A stretch of DNA of 64,000 nt from Balanoglossus misakiensis (Eukaryota; Animalia; Hemichordata). Made by a program: the position numbers and the translations under genes. The notes under the pieces are model-generated. The model did no database searches. It saw only the letters and a list, made by a program, of their open reading frames with translations, and was not told the DNA's origin. The stretch spans positions 11,709,162-11,773,161 of the forward strand of contig CM082587.2 of the NCBI GenBank assembly GCA_040954595.2, written 5' to 3'. Positions 15,001 through 30,000 of the stretch are shown here, piece after piece. Position 1 is the stretch's first letter. Every line of letters starts with the position of its first letter.

Positions 15001-18000
15001 TTGCCTATTCTAGATTCTTACGTGCCATTGGAGAGCTCCATTGACTGGTCATTCATACTGTTTTCATTCATTCATTGCGGCATCAATATATTTTATCTAT
15101 TCTAGCCAAAGAGCTTGGCACCTGTTGAAATGAACTCATCTGCTGTGGGCCAGTTTATTGGTGGCAGTTGAGCTGAGGAGAGCACCTTCCTTCCCGGCAC
15201 GCCACCAAGTAAAGTTCCACGCCGCCCACCACAGATGCCAGCATTCATTCATGCGAGTGAGTGTAATTGCAAATTTGCCTATTCTAGATCTGTAATGGAA
15301 ATGGAGAAAGTACCTTATATTTTCTGTAAAATAGACATTTAATTGGCAAGCCGTCCTGCATCAATTATTAATTGTGTACATGCACTAAAGCGCCCTCACT
15401 GCTGGGTGTGTTGTATGGTCTTTAACCCTGTTTCAAATTAGAGTACTTTCTGCAATTTCAAGACAGATCTTACGTGCCATTGGAGAGCTCCATTGACTGG
15501 TCATTCATACTGTTTTCATTCATTCATTGCGGCATCAATATATTTTATCTATTCTAGCCAAAGAGCTTGGCACCTGTTGAAATGAACTCATCTGCTGTGG
15601 GCCAGTTTATTGGTGGCAGTTGAGCTGAGGAGAGCACCTTCCTTCCCGGCACGCCACCAAGTAAAGTTCCACGCCGCCCACCACAGATGCCAGCATTCAT
15701 TCATGCGAGTGAGTGTAATTGCAAATTTGCCTATTCTAGAATTACGTGCCATTGGAGAGCTCCATTGACTGGTCATTCATACTGTTTTCATTCATTCATT
15801 GCGGCATCAATATATTTTATCTATTCTAGCCAAAGAGCTTGGCACCTGTTGAAATGAACTCATCTGCTGTGGGCCAGTTTATTGGTGGCAGTTGAGCTGA
15901 GGAGAGCACCTTCCTTCCCGGCACGCCACCAAGTAAAGTTCCACGCCGCCCACCACAGATGCCAGCATTCATTCATGCGAGTGAGTGTAATTGCAAATTT
16001 GCCTATTCTAGATCTGTAATGGAAATGGAGAAAGTACCTTATATTTTCTGTAAAATAGACATTTAATTGGCAAGCCGTCCTGCATCAATTATGAATTGTG
16101 TACATGCACTAAAGCGCCCTCACTGCTGGGTGTGTTGTATGGTCTTTAACCCTGTTTCAAATTAGAGTACTTTCTGCAATTTCAAGACAGATCTTACGTG
16201 CCATTGGAGAGCTCCATTGACTGGTCATTCATACTGTTTTCATTCATTCATTGCGGCATCAATATATTTTATCTATTCTAGCCAAAGAGCTTGGCACCTG
16301 TTGAAATGAACTCATCTGCTGTGGGCCAGTTTATTGGTGGCAGTTGAGCTGAGGAGAGCACCTTCCTTCCCGGCACGCCACCAAGTAAAGTTCCACGCCG
16401 CCCACCACAGATGCCAGCATTCATTCATGCGAGTGAGTGTAATTGCAAATTTGCCTATTCTAGATCTGTAATGGAAATGGAGAAAGTACCTTATATTTTC
16501 TGTAAAATAGACATTTAATTGGCAAGCCGTCCTGCATCAATTATGAATTGTGTACATGCACTAAAGCGCCCTCACTGCTGGGTGTGTTGTATGGTCTTTA
16601 ACCCTGTTTCAAATTAGAGTACTTTCTGCAATTTCAAGACAGATCTTACGTGCCATTGGAGAGCTCCATTGACTGGTCATTCATACTGTTTTCATTCATT
16701 CATTTCGGCATCAATATATTTTATCTATTCTAGCCAAAGAGCTTGGCACCTGTTGAAATGAACTCATCTGCTGTGGGCCAGTTTATTGGTGGCAGTTGAG
16801 CTGAGAAGAGCACCTTCCTTCCCGGCACGCCACCAAGTAAAGTTCCACGCCGCCCACCACAGATGCCAGCATTCATTCATGCGAGTGAGTGTAATTGCAA
16901 ATTTGCCTATTCTAGAATCTTACGTGCCATTGGAGAGCTCCATTGACTGGTCATTCATACTGTTTTCATTCATTCATTGCGGCATCAATATATTTTATCT
17001 ATTCTAGCCAAAGAGCTTGGCACCTGTTGAAATGAACTCATCTGCTGTGGGCCAGTTTATTGGTGGCAGTTGAGCTGAGGAGAGCACCTTCCTTCCCGGG
17101 ACGCCACCAAGTAAAGTTCCACGCCGCCCACCACAGATGCCAGCATTCATTCATGCGAGTGAGTGTAATTGCAAATTTGCCTATTCTAGATTCTTACGTG
17201 CCATTGGAGAGCTCCATTGACTGGTCATTCATACTGTTTTCATTCATTCATTGCGGCATCAATATATTTTATCTATTCTAGCCAAAGAGCTTGGCACCTG
17301 TTGAAATGAACTCATCTGCTGTGGGCCAGTTTATTGGTGGCAGTTGAGCTGAGGAGAGCACCTTCCTTCCCGGCACGCCACCAAGTAAAGTTCCACGCCG
17401 CCCACCACAGATGCCAGCATTCATTCATGCGAGTGAGTGTAATTGCAAATTTGCCTATTCTAGATCTGTAATGGAAATGGAGAAAGTACCTTATATTTTC
17501 TGTAAAATAGACATTTAATTGGCAAGCCGTCCTGCATCAATTATTAATTGTGTACATGCACTAAAGCGCCCTCACTGCTGGGTGTGTTGTATGGTCTTTA
17601 ACCCTGTTTCAAATTAGAGTACTTTCTGCAATTTCAAGACAGATCTTACGTGCCATTGGAGAGCTCCATTGACTGGTCATTCATACTGTTTTCATTCATT
17701 CATTGCGGCATCAATATATTTTATCTATTCTAGCCAAAGAGCTTGGCACCTGTTGAAATGAACTCATCTGCTGTGGGCCAGTTTATTGGTGGCAGTTGAG
17801 CTGAGGAGAGCACCTTCCTTCCCGGCACGCCACCAAGTAAAGTTCCACGCCGCCCACCACAGATGCCAGCATTCATTCATGCGAGTGAGTGTAATTGCAA
17901 ATTTGCCTATTCTAGAATTACGTGCCATTGGAGAGCTCCATTGACTGGTCATTCATACTGTTTTCATTCATTCATTGCGGCATCAATATATTTTATCTAT

Positions 18001-21000
18001 TCTAGCCAAAGAGCTTGGCACCTGTTGAAATGAACTCATCTGCTGTGGGCCAGTTTATTGGTGGCAGTTGAGCTGAGGAGAGCACCTTCCTTCCCGGCAC
18101 GCCACCAAGTAAAGTTCCACGCCGCCCACCACAGATGCCAGCATTCATTCATGCGAGTGAGTGTAATTGCAAATTTGCCTATTCTAGATCTGTAATGGAA
18201 ATGGAGAAAGTACCTTATATTTTCTGTAAAATAGACATTTAATTGGCAAGCCGTCCTGCATCAATTATGAATTGTGTACATGCACTAAAGCGCCCTCACT
18301 GCTGGGTGTGTTGTATGGTCTTTAACCCTGTTTCAAATTAGAGTACTTTCTGCAATTTCAAGACAGATCTTACGTGCCATTGGAGAGCTCCATTGACTGG
18401 TCATTCATACTGTTTTCATTCATTCATTGCGGCATCAATATATTTTATCTATTCTAGCCAAAGAGCTTGGCACCTGTTGAAATGAACTCATCTGCTGTGG
18501 GCCAGTTTATTGGTGGCAGTTGAGCTGAGGAGAGCACCTTCCTTCCCGGCACGCCACCAAGTAAAGTTCCACGCCGCCCACCACAGATGCCAGCATTCAT
18601 TCATGCGAGTGAGTGTAATTGCAAATTTGCCTATTCTAGATCTGTAATGGAAATGGAGAAAGTACCTTATATTTTCTGTAAAATAGACATTTAATTGGCA
18701 AGCCGTCCTGCATCAATTATTAATTGTGTACATGCACTAAAGCGCCCTCACTGCTGGGTGTGTTGTATGGTCTTTAACCCTGTTTCAAATTAGAGTACTT
18801 TCTGCAATTTCAAGACAGATCTTACGTGCCATTGGAGAGCTCCATTGACTGGTCATTCATACTGTTTTCATTCATTCATTGCGGCATCAATATATTTTAT
18901 CTATTCTAGCCAAAGAGCTTGGCACCTGTTGAAATGAACTCATCTGCTGTGGGCCAGTTTATTGGTGGCAGTTGAGCTGAGAAGAGCACCTTCCTTCCCG
19001 GCACGCCACCAAGTAAAGTTCCACGCCGCCCACCACAGATGCCAGCATTCATTCATGCGAGTGAGTGTAATTGCAAATTTGCCTATTCTAGATCTGTAAT
19101 GGAAATGGAGAAAGTACCTTATATTTTCTGTAAAATAGACATTTAATTGGCAAGCCGTCCTGCATCAATTATGAATTGTGTACATGCACTAAAGCGCCCT
19201 CACTGCTGGGTGTGTTGTATGGTCTTTAACCCTGTTTCAAATTAGAGTACTTTCTGCAATTTCAAGACAGATCTTACGTGCCATTGGAGAGCTCCATTGA
19301 CTGGTCATTCATACTGTTTTCATTCATTCATTGCGGCATCAATATATTTTATCTATTCTAGCCAAAGAGCTTGGCACCTGTTGAAATGAACTCATCTGCT
19401 GTGGGCCAGTTTATTGGTGGCAGTTGAGCTGAGGAGAGCACCTTCCTTCCCGGCACGCCACCAAGTAAAGTTCCACGCCGCCCACCACAGATGCCAGCAT
19501 TCATTCATGCGAGTGAGTGTAATTGCAAATTTGCCTATTCTAGATCTGTAATGGAAATGGAGAAAGTACCTTATATTTTCTGTAAAATAGACATTTAATT
19601 GGCAAGCCGTCCTGCATCAATTATGAATTGTGTACATGCACTAAAGCGCCCTCACTGCTGGGTGTGTTGTATGGTCTTTAACCCTGTTTCAAATTAGAGT
19701 ACTTTCTGCAATTTCAAGACAGATCTTACGTGCCATTGGAGAGCTCCATTGACTGGTCATTCATACTGTTTTCATTCATTCATTGCGGCATCAATATATT
19801 TTATCTATTCTAGCCAAAGAGCTTGGCACCTGTTGAAATGAACTCATCTGCTGTGGGCCAGTTTATTGGTGGCAGTTGAGCTGAGGAGAGCACCTTCCTT
19901 CCCGGCACGCCACCAAGTAAAGTTCCACGCCGCCCACCACAGATGCCAGCATTCATTCATGCGAGTGAGTGTAATTGCAAATTTGCCTATTCTAGATCTG
20001 TAATGGAAATGGAGAAAGTACCTTATATTTTCTGTAAAATAGACATTTAATTGGCAAGCCGTCCTGCATCAATTATGAATTGTGTACATGCACTAAAGCG
20101 CCCTCACTGCTGGGTGTGTTGTATGGTCTTTAACCCTGTTTCAAATTAGAGTACTTTCTGCAATTTCAAGACAGATCTTACGTGCCATTGGAGAGCTCCA
20201 TTGACTGGTCATTCATACTGTTTTCATTCATTCATTGCGGCATCAATATATTTTATCTATTCTAGCCAAAGAGCTTGGCACCTGTTGAAATGAACTCATC
20301 TGCTGTGGGCCAGTTTATTGGTGGCAGTTGAGCTGAGGAGAGCACCTTCCTTCCCGGCACGCCACCAAGTAAAGTTCCACGCCGCCCACCACAGATGCCA
20401 GCATTCATTCATGCGAGTGAGTGTAATTGCAAATTTGCCTATTCTAGATCTGTAATGGAAATGGAGAAAGTACCTTATATTTTCTGTAAAATAGACATTT
20501 AATTGGCAAGCCGTCCTGCATCAATTATGAATTGTGTACATGCACTAAAGCGCCCTCACTGCTGGGTGTGTTGTATGGTCTTTAACCCTGTTTCAAATTA
20601 GAGTACTTTCTGCAATTTCAAGACAGATCTTACGTGCCATTGGAGAGCTCCATTGACTGGTCATTCATACTGTTTTCATTCATTCATTGCGGCATCAATA
20701 TATTTTATCTATTCTAGCCAAAGAGCTTGGCACCTGTTGAAATGAACTCATCTGCTGTGGGCCAGTTTATTGGTGGCAGTTGAGCTGAGAAGAGCACCTT
20801 CCTTCCCGGCACGCCACCAAGTAAAGTTCCACGCCGCCCACCACAGATGCCAGCATTCATTCATGCGAGTGAGTGTAATTGCAAATTTGCCTATTCTAGA
20901 ATCTTACGTGCCATTGGAGAGCTCCATTGACTGGTCATTCATACTGTTTTCATTCATTCATTGCGGCATCAATATATTTTATCTATTCTAGCCAAAGAGC

Positions 21001-24000
21001 TTGGCACCTGTTGAAATGAACTCATCTGCTGTGGGCCAGTTTATTGGTGGCAGTTGAGCTGAGGAGAGCACCTTCCTTCCCGGGACGCCACCAAGTAAAG
21101 TTCCACGCCGCCCACCACAGATGCCAGCATTCATTCATGCGAGTGAGTGTAATTGCAAATTTGCCTATTCTAGATTCTTACGTGCCATTGGAGAGCTCCA
21201 TTGACTGGTCATTCATACTGTTTTCATTCATTCATTGCGGCATCAATATATTTTATCTATTCTAGCCAAAGAGCTTGGCACCTGTTGAAATGAACTCATC
21301 TGCTGTGGGCCAGTTTATTGGTGGCAGTTGAGCTGAGGAGAGCACCTTCCTTCCCGGCACGCCACCAAGTAAAGTTCCACGCCGCCCACCACAGATGCCA
21401 GCATTCATTCATGCGAGTGAGTGTAATTGCAAATTTGCCTATTCTAGATCTGTAATGGAAATGGAGAAAGTACCTTATATTTTCTGTAAAATAGACATTT
21501 AATTGGCAAGCCGTCCTGCATCAATTATGAATTGTGTACATGCACTAAAGCGCCCTCACTGCTGGGTGTGTTGTATGGTCTTTAACCCTGTTTCAAATTA
21601 GAGTACTTTCTGCAATTTCAAGACAGATCTTACGTGCCATTGGAGAGCTCCATTGACTGGTCATTCATACTGTTTTCATTCATTCATTGCGGCATCAATA
21701 TATTTTATCTATTCTAGCCAAAGAGCTTGGCACCTGTTGAAATGAACTCATCTGCTGTGGGCCAGTTTATTGGTGGCAGTTGAGCTGAGGAGAGCACCTT
21801 CCTTCCCGGCACGCCACCAAGTAAAGTTCCACGCCGCCCACCACAGATGCCAGCATTCATTCATGCGAGTGAGTGTAATTGCAAATTTGCCTATTCTAGA
21901 TCTGTAATGGAAATGGAGAAAGTACCTTATATTTTCTGTAAAATAGACATTTAATTGGCAAGCCGTCCTGCATCAATTATGAATTGTGTACATGCACTAA
22001 AGCGCCCTCACTGCTGGGTGTGTTGTATGGTCTTTAACCCTGTTTCAAATTAGAGTACTTTCTGCAATTTCAAGACAGATCTTACGTGCCATTGGAGAGC
22101 TCCATTGACTGGTCATTCATACTGTTTTCATTCATTCATTGCGGCATCAATATATTTTATGTATTCTAGCCAAAGAGCTTGGCACCTGTTGAAATGAACT
22201 CATCTGCTGTGGGCCAGTTTATTGGTGGCAGTTGAGCTGAGGAGAGCACCTTCCTTCCCGGCACGCCACCAAGTAAAGTTCCACGCCGCCCACCACAGAT
22301 GCCAGCATTCATTCATGCGAGTGAGTGTAATTGCAAATTTGCCTATTCTAGATCTGTAATGGAAATGGAGAAAGTACCTTATATTTTCTGTAAAATAGAC
22401 ATTTAATTGGCAAGCCGTCCTGCATCAATTATTAATTGTGTACATGCACTAAAGCGCCCTCACTGCTGGGTGTGTTGTATGGTCTTTAACCCTGTTTCAA
22501 ATTAGAGTACTTTCTGCAATTTCAAGACAGATCTTACGTGCCATTGGAGAGCTCCATTGACTGGTCATTCATACTGTTTTCATTCATTCATTGCGGCATC
22601 AATATATTTTATCTATTCTAGCCAAAGAGCTTGGCACCTGTTGAAATGAACTCATCTGCTGTGGGCCAGTTTATTGGTGGCAGTTGAGTTGAGGAGAGCA
22701 CCTTCCTTCCCGGCACGCCACCAAGTAAAGTTCCACGCCGCCCACCACAGATGCCAGCATTCATTCATGCGAGTGAGTGTAATTGCAAATTTGCCTATTC
22801 TAGAATTCTTACGTGCCATTGGAGAGCTCCATTGACTGGTCATTCATACTGTTTTCATTCATTCATTGCGGCATCAATATATTTTATGTATTCTAGCCAA
22901 AGAGCTTGGCACCTGTTGAAATGAACTCATCTGCTGTGGGCCAGTTTATTGGTGGCAGTTGAGCTGAGGAGAGCACCTTCCTTCCCGGCACGCCACCAAG
23001 TAAAGTTCCACGCCGCCCACCACAGATGCCAGCATTCATTCATGCGAGTGAGTGTAATTGCAAATTTGCCTATTCTAGATCTGTAATGGAAATGGAGAAA
23101 GTACCTTATATTTTCTGTAAAATAGACATTTAATTGGCAAGCCGTCCTGCATCAATTATGAATTGTGTACATGCACTAAAGCGCCCTCACTGCTGGGTGT
23201 GTTGTATGGTCTTTAACCCTGTTTCAAATTAGAGTACTTTCTGCAATTTCAAGACAGATCTTACGTGCCATTGGAGAGCTCCATTGACTGGTCATTCATA
23301 CTGTTTTCATTCATTCATTGTGGCATCAATATATTTTATCTATTCTAGCCAAAGAGCTTGGCACCTGTTGAAATGAACTCATCTGCTGTGGGCCAGTTTA
23401 TTGGTGGCAGTTGAGCTGAGGAGAGCACCTTCCTTCCCGGCACGCCACCAAGTAAAGTTCCACGCCGCCCACCACAGATGCCAGCATTCATTCATGCGAG
23501 TGAGTGTAATTGCAAATTTGCCTATTCTAGATCTGTAATGGAAATGGAGAAAGTACCTTATATTTTCTGTAAAATAGACATTTAATTGGCAAGCCGTCCT
23601 GCATCAATTATTAATTGTGTACATGCACTAAAGCGCCCTCACTGCTGGGTGTGTTGTATGGTCTTTAACCCTGTTTCAAATTAGAGTACTTTCTGCAATT
23701 TCAAGACAGATCTTACGTGCCATTGGAGAGCTCCATTGACTGGTCATTCATACTGTTTTCATTCATTCATTGCGGCATCAATATATTTTATCTATTCTAG
23801 CCAAAGAGCTTGGCACCTGTTGAAATGAACTCATCTGCTGTGGGCCAGTTTATTGGTGGCAGTTGAGCTGAGAAGAGCACCTTCCTTCCCGGCACGCCAC
23901 CAAGTAAAGTTCCACGCCGCCCACCACAGATGCCAGCATTCATTCATGCGAGTGAGTGTAATTGCAAATTTGCCTATTCTAGATCTGTAATGGAAATGGA

Positions 24001-27000
24001 GAAAGTACCTTATATTTTCTGTAAAATAGACATTTAATTGGCAAGCCGTCCTGCATCAATTATGAATTGTGTACATGCACTAAAGCGCCCTCACTGCTGG
24101 GTGTGTTGTATGGTCTTTAACCCTGTTTCAAATTAGAGTACTTTCTGCAATTTCAAGACAGATCTTACGTGCCATTGGAGAGCTCCATTGACTGGTCATT
24201 CATACTGTTTTCATTCATTCATTGCGGCATCAATATATTTTATCTATTCTAGCCAAAGAGCTTGGCACCTGTTGAAATGAACTCATCTGCTGTGGGCCAG
24301 TTTATTGGTGGCAGTTGAGCTGAGGAGAGCACCTTCCTTCCCGGCACGCCACCAAGTAAAGTTCCACGCCGCCCACCACAGATGCCAGCATTCATTCATG
24401 CGAGTGAGTGTAATTGCAAATTTGCCTATTCTAGATCTGTAATGGAAATGGAGAAAGTACCTTATATTTTCTGTAAAATAGACATTTAATTGGCAAGCCG
24501 TCCTGCATCAATTATGAATTGTGTACATGCACTAAAGCGCCCTCACTGCTGGGTGTGTTGTATGGTCTTTAACCCTGTTTCAAATTAGAGTACTTTCTGC
24601 AATTTCAAGACAGATCTTACGTGCCATTGGAGAGCTCCATTGACTGGTCATTCATACTGTTTTCATTCATTCATTGCGGCATCAATATATTTTATCTATT
24701 CTAGCCAAAGAGCTTGGCACCTGTTGAAATGAACTCATCTGCTGTGGGCCAGTTTATTGGTGGCAGTTGAGCTGAGGAGAGCACCTTCCTTCCCGGCACG
24801 CCACCAAGTAAAGTTCCACGCCGCCCACCACAGATGCCAGCATTCATTCATGCGAGTGAGTGTAATTGCAAATTTGCCTATTCTAGATCTGTAATGGAAA
24901 TGGAGAAAGTACCTTATATTTTCTGTAAAATAGACATTTAATTGGCAAGCCGTCCTGCATCAATTATGAATTGTGTACATGCACTAAAGCGCCCTCACTG
25001 CTGGGTGTGTTGTATGGTCTTTAACCCTGTTTCAAATTAGAGTACTTTCTGCAATTTCAAGACAGATCTTACGTGCCATTGGAGAGCTCCATTGACTGGT
25101 CATTCATACTGTTTTCATTCATTCATTGCGGCATCAATATATTTTATGTATTCTAGCCAAAGAGCTTGGCACCTGTTGAAATGAACTCATCTGCTGTGGG
25201 CCAGTTTATTGGTGGCAGTTGAGCTGAGGAGAGCACCTTCCTTCCCGGCACGCCACCAAGTAAAGTTCCACGCCGCCCACCACAGATGCCAGCATTCATT
25301 CATGCGAGTGAGTGTAATTGCAAATTTGCCTATTCTAGATCTGTAATGGAAATGGAGAAAGTACCTTATATTTTCTGTAAAATAGACATTTAATTGGCAA
25401 GCCGTCCTGCATCAATTATTAATTGTGTACATGCACTAAAGCGCCCTCACTGCTGGGTGTGTTGTATGGTCTTTAACCCTGTTTCAAATTAGAGTACTTT
25501 CTGCAATTTCAAGACAGATCTTACGTGCCATTGGAGAGCTCCATTGACTGGTCATTCATACTGTTTTCATTCATTCATTGCGGCATCAATATATTTTATC
25601 TATTCTAGCCAAAGAGCTTGGCACCTGTTGAAATGAACTCATCTGCTGTGGGCCAGTTTATTGGTGGCAGTTGAGCTGAGGAGAGCACCTTCCTTCCCGG
25701 CACGCCACCAAGTAAAGTTCCACGCCGCCCACCACAGATGCCAGCATTCATTCATGCGAGTGAGTGTAATTGCAAATTTGCCTATTCTAGAATTACGTGC
25801 CATTGGAGAGCTCCATTGACTGGTCATTCATACTGTTTTCATTCATTCATTGCGGCATCAATATATTTTATCTATTCTAGCCAAAGAGCTTGGCACCTGT
25901 TGAAATGAACTCATCTGCTGTGGGCCAGTTTATTGGTGGCAGTTGAGCTGAGGAGAGCACCTTCCTTCCCGGCACGCCACCAAGTAAAGTTCCACGCCGC
26001 CCACCACAGATGCCAGCATTCATTCATGCGAGTGAGTGTAATTGCAAATTTGCCTATTCTAGATCTGTAATGGAAATGGAGAAAGTACCTTATATTTTCT
26101 GTAAAATAGACATTTAATTGGCAAGCCGTCCTGCATCAATTATGAATTGTGTACATGCACTAAAGCGCCCTCACTGCTGGGTGTGTTGTATGGTCTTTAA
26201 CCCTGTTTCAAATTAGAGTACTTTCTGCAATTTCAAGACAGATCTTACGTGCCATTGGAGAGCTCCATTGACTGGTCATTCATACTGTTTTCATTCATTC
26301 ATTGCGGCATCAATATATTTTATCTATTCTAGCCAAAGAGCTTGGCACCTGTTGAAATGAACTCATCTGCTGTGGGCCAGTTTATTGGTGGCAGTTGAGC
26401 TGAGGAGAGCACCTTCCTTCCCGGCACGCCACCAAGTAAAGTTCCACGCCGCCCACCACAGATGCCAGCATTCATTCATGCGAGTGAGTGTAATTGCAAA
26501 TTTGCCTATTCTAGAATCTTACGTGCCATTGGAGAGCTCCATTGACTGGTCATTCATACTGTTTTCATTCATTCATTGCGGCATCAATATATTTTATCTA
26601 TTCTAGCCAAAGAGCTTGGCACCTGTTGAAATGAACTCATCTGCTGTGGGCCAGTTTATTGGTGGCAGTTGAGCTGAGGAGAGCACCTTCCTTCCCGGCA
26701 CGCCACCAAGTAAAGTTCCACGCCGCCCACCACAGATGCCAGCATTCATTCATGCGAGTGAGTGTAATTGCAAATTTGCCTATTCTAGATCTGTAATGGA
26801 AATGGAGAAAGTACCTTATATTTTCTGTAAAATAGACATTTAATTGGCAAGCCGTCCTGCATCAATTATTAATTGTGTACATGCACTAAAGCGCCCTCAC
26901 TGCTGGGTGTGTTGTATGGTCTTTAACCCTGTTTCAAATTAGAGTACTTTCTGCAATTTCAAGACAGATCTTACGTGCCATTGGAGAGCTCCATTGACTG

Positions 27001-30000
27001 GTCATTCATACTGTTTTCATTCATTCATTGCGGCATCAATATATTTTATCTATTCTAGCCAAAGAGCTTGGCACCTGTTGAAATGAACTCATCTGCTGTG
27101 GGCCAGTTTATTGGTGGCAGTTGAGCTGAGAAGAGCACCTTCCTTCCCGGCACGCCACCAAGTAAAGTTCCACGCCGCCCACCACAGATGCCAGCATTCA
27201 TTCATGCGAGTGAGTGTAATTGCAAATTTGCCTATTCTAGATCTGTAATGGAAATGGAGAAAGTACCTTATATTTTCTGTAAAATAGACATTTAATTGGC
27301 AAGCCGTCCTGCATCAATTATGAATTGTGTACATGCACTAAAGCGCCCTCACTGCTGGGTGTGTTGTATGGTCTTTAACCCTGTTTCAAATTAGAGTACT
27401 TTCTGCAATTTCAAGACAGATCTTACGTGCCATTGGAGAGCTCCATTGACTGGTCATTCATACTGTTTTCATTCATTCATTGCGGCATCAATATATTTTA
27501 TCTATTCTAGCCAAAGAGCTTGGCACCTGTTGAAATGAACTCATCTGCTGTGGGCCAGTTTATTGGTGGCAGTTGAGCTGAGGAGAGCACCTTCCTTCCC
27601 GGCACGCCACCAAGTAAAGTTCCACGCCGCCCACCACAGATGCCAGCATTCATTCATGCGAGTGAGTGTAATTGCAAATTTGCCTATTCTAGATCTGTAA
27701 TGGAAATGGAGAAAGTACCTTATATTTTCTGTAAAATAGACATTTAATTGGCAAGCCGTCCTGCATCAATTATGAATTGTGTACATGCACTAAAGCGCCC
27801 TCACTGCTGGGTGTGTTGTATGGTCTTTAACCCTGTTTCAAATTAGAGTACTTTCTGCAATTTCAAGACAGATCTTACGTGCCATTGGAGAGCTCCATTG
27901 ACTGGTCATTCATACTGTTTTCATTCATTCATTGCGGCATCAATATATTTTATCTATTCTAGCCAAAGAGCTTGGCACCTGTTGAAATGAACTCATCTGC
28001 TGTGGGCCAGTTTATTGGTGGCAGTTGAGCTGAGGAGAGCACCTTCCTTCCCGGCACGCCACCAAGTAAAGTTCCACGCCGCCCACCACAGATGCCAGCA
28101 TTCATTCATGCGAGTGAGTGTAATTGCAAATTTGCCTATTCTAGATCTGTAATGGAAATGGAGAAAGTACCTTATATTTTCTGTAAAATAGACATTTAAT
28201 TGGCAAGCCGTCCTGCATCAATTATGAATTGTGTACATGCACTAAAGCGCCCTCACTGCTGGGTGTGTTGTATGGTCTTTAACCCTGTTTCAAATTAGAG
28301 TACTTTCTGCAATTTCAAGACAGATCTTACGTGCCATTGGAGAGCTCCATTGACTGGTCATTCATACTGTTTTCATTCATTCATTGCGGCATCAATATAT
28401 TTTATCTATTCTAGCCAAAGAGCTTGGCACCTGTTGAAATGAACTCATCTGCTGTGGGCCAGTTTATTGGTGGCAGTTGAGCTGAGAAGAGCACCTTCCT
28501 TCCCGGCACGCCACCAAGTAAAGTTCCACGCCGCCCACCACAGATGCCAGCATTCATTCATGCGAGTGAGTGTAATTGCAAATTTGCCTATTCTAGAATC
28601 TTACGTGCCATTGGAGAGCTCCATTGACTGGTCATTCATACTGTTTTCATTCATTCATTGCGGCATCAATATATTTTATCTATTCTAGCCAAAGAGCTTG
28701 GCACCTGTTGAAATGAACTCATCTGCTGTGGGCCAGTTTATTGGTGGCAGTTGAGCTGAGGAGAGCACCTTCCTTCCCGGGACGCCACCAAGTAAAGTTC
28801 CACGCCGCCCACCACAGATGCCAGCATTCATTCATGCGAGTGAGTGTAATTGCAAATTTGCCTATTCTAGATTCTTACGTGCCATTGGAGAGCTCCATTG
28901 ACTGGTCATTCATACTGTTTTCATTCATTCATTGCGGCATCAATATATTTTATCTATTCTAGCCAAAGAGCTTGGCACCTGTTGAAATGAACTCATCTGC
29001 TGTGGGCCAGTTTATTGGTGGCAGTTGAGCTGAGGAGAGCACCTTCCTTCCCGGCACGCCACCAAGTAAAGTTCCACGCCGCCCACCACAGATGCCAGCA
29101 TTCATTCATGCGAGTGAGTGTAATTGCAAATTTGCCTATTCTAGATCTGTAATGGAAATGGAGAAAGTACCTTATATTTTCTGTAAAATAGACATTTAAT
29201 TGGCAAGCCGTCCTGCATCAATTATTAATTGTGTACATGCACTAAAGCGCCCTCACTGCTGGGTGTGTTGTATGGTCTTTAACCCTGTTTCAAATTAGAG
29301 TACTTTCTGCAATTTCAAGACAGATCTTACGTGCCATTGGAGAGCTCCATTGACTGGTCATTCATACTGTTTTCATTCATTCATTGCGGCATCAATATAT
29401 TTTATCTATTCTAGCCAAAGAGCTTGGCACCTGTTGAAATGAACTCATCTGCTGTGGGCCAGTTTATTGGTGGCAGTTGAGCTGAGGAGAGCACCTTCCT
29501 TCCCGGCACGCCACCAAGTAAAGTTCCACGCCGCCCACCACAGATGCCAGCATTCATTCATGCGAGTGAGTGTAATTGCAAATTTGCCTATTCTAGATCT
29601 GTAATGGAAATGGAGAAAGTACCTTATATTTTCTGTAAAATAGACATTTAATTGGCAAGCCGTCCTGCATCAATTATGAATTGTGTACATGCACTAAAGC
29701 GCCCTCACTGCTGGGTGTGTTGTATGGTCTTTAACCCTGTTTCAAATTAGAGTACTTTCTGCAATTTCAAGACAGATCTTACGTGCCATTGGAGAGCTCC
29801 ATTGACTGGTCATTCATACTGTTTTCATTCATTCATTGCGGCATCAATATATTTTATGTATTCTAGCCAAAGAGCTTGGCACCTGTTGAAATGAACTCAT
29901 CTGCTGTGGGCCAGTTTATTGGTGGCAGTTGAGCTGAGGAGAGCACCTTCCTTCCCGGCACGCCACCAAGTAAAGTTCCACGCCGCCCACCACAGATGCC

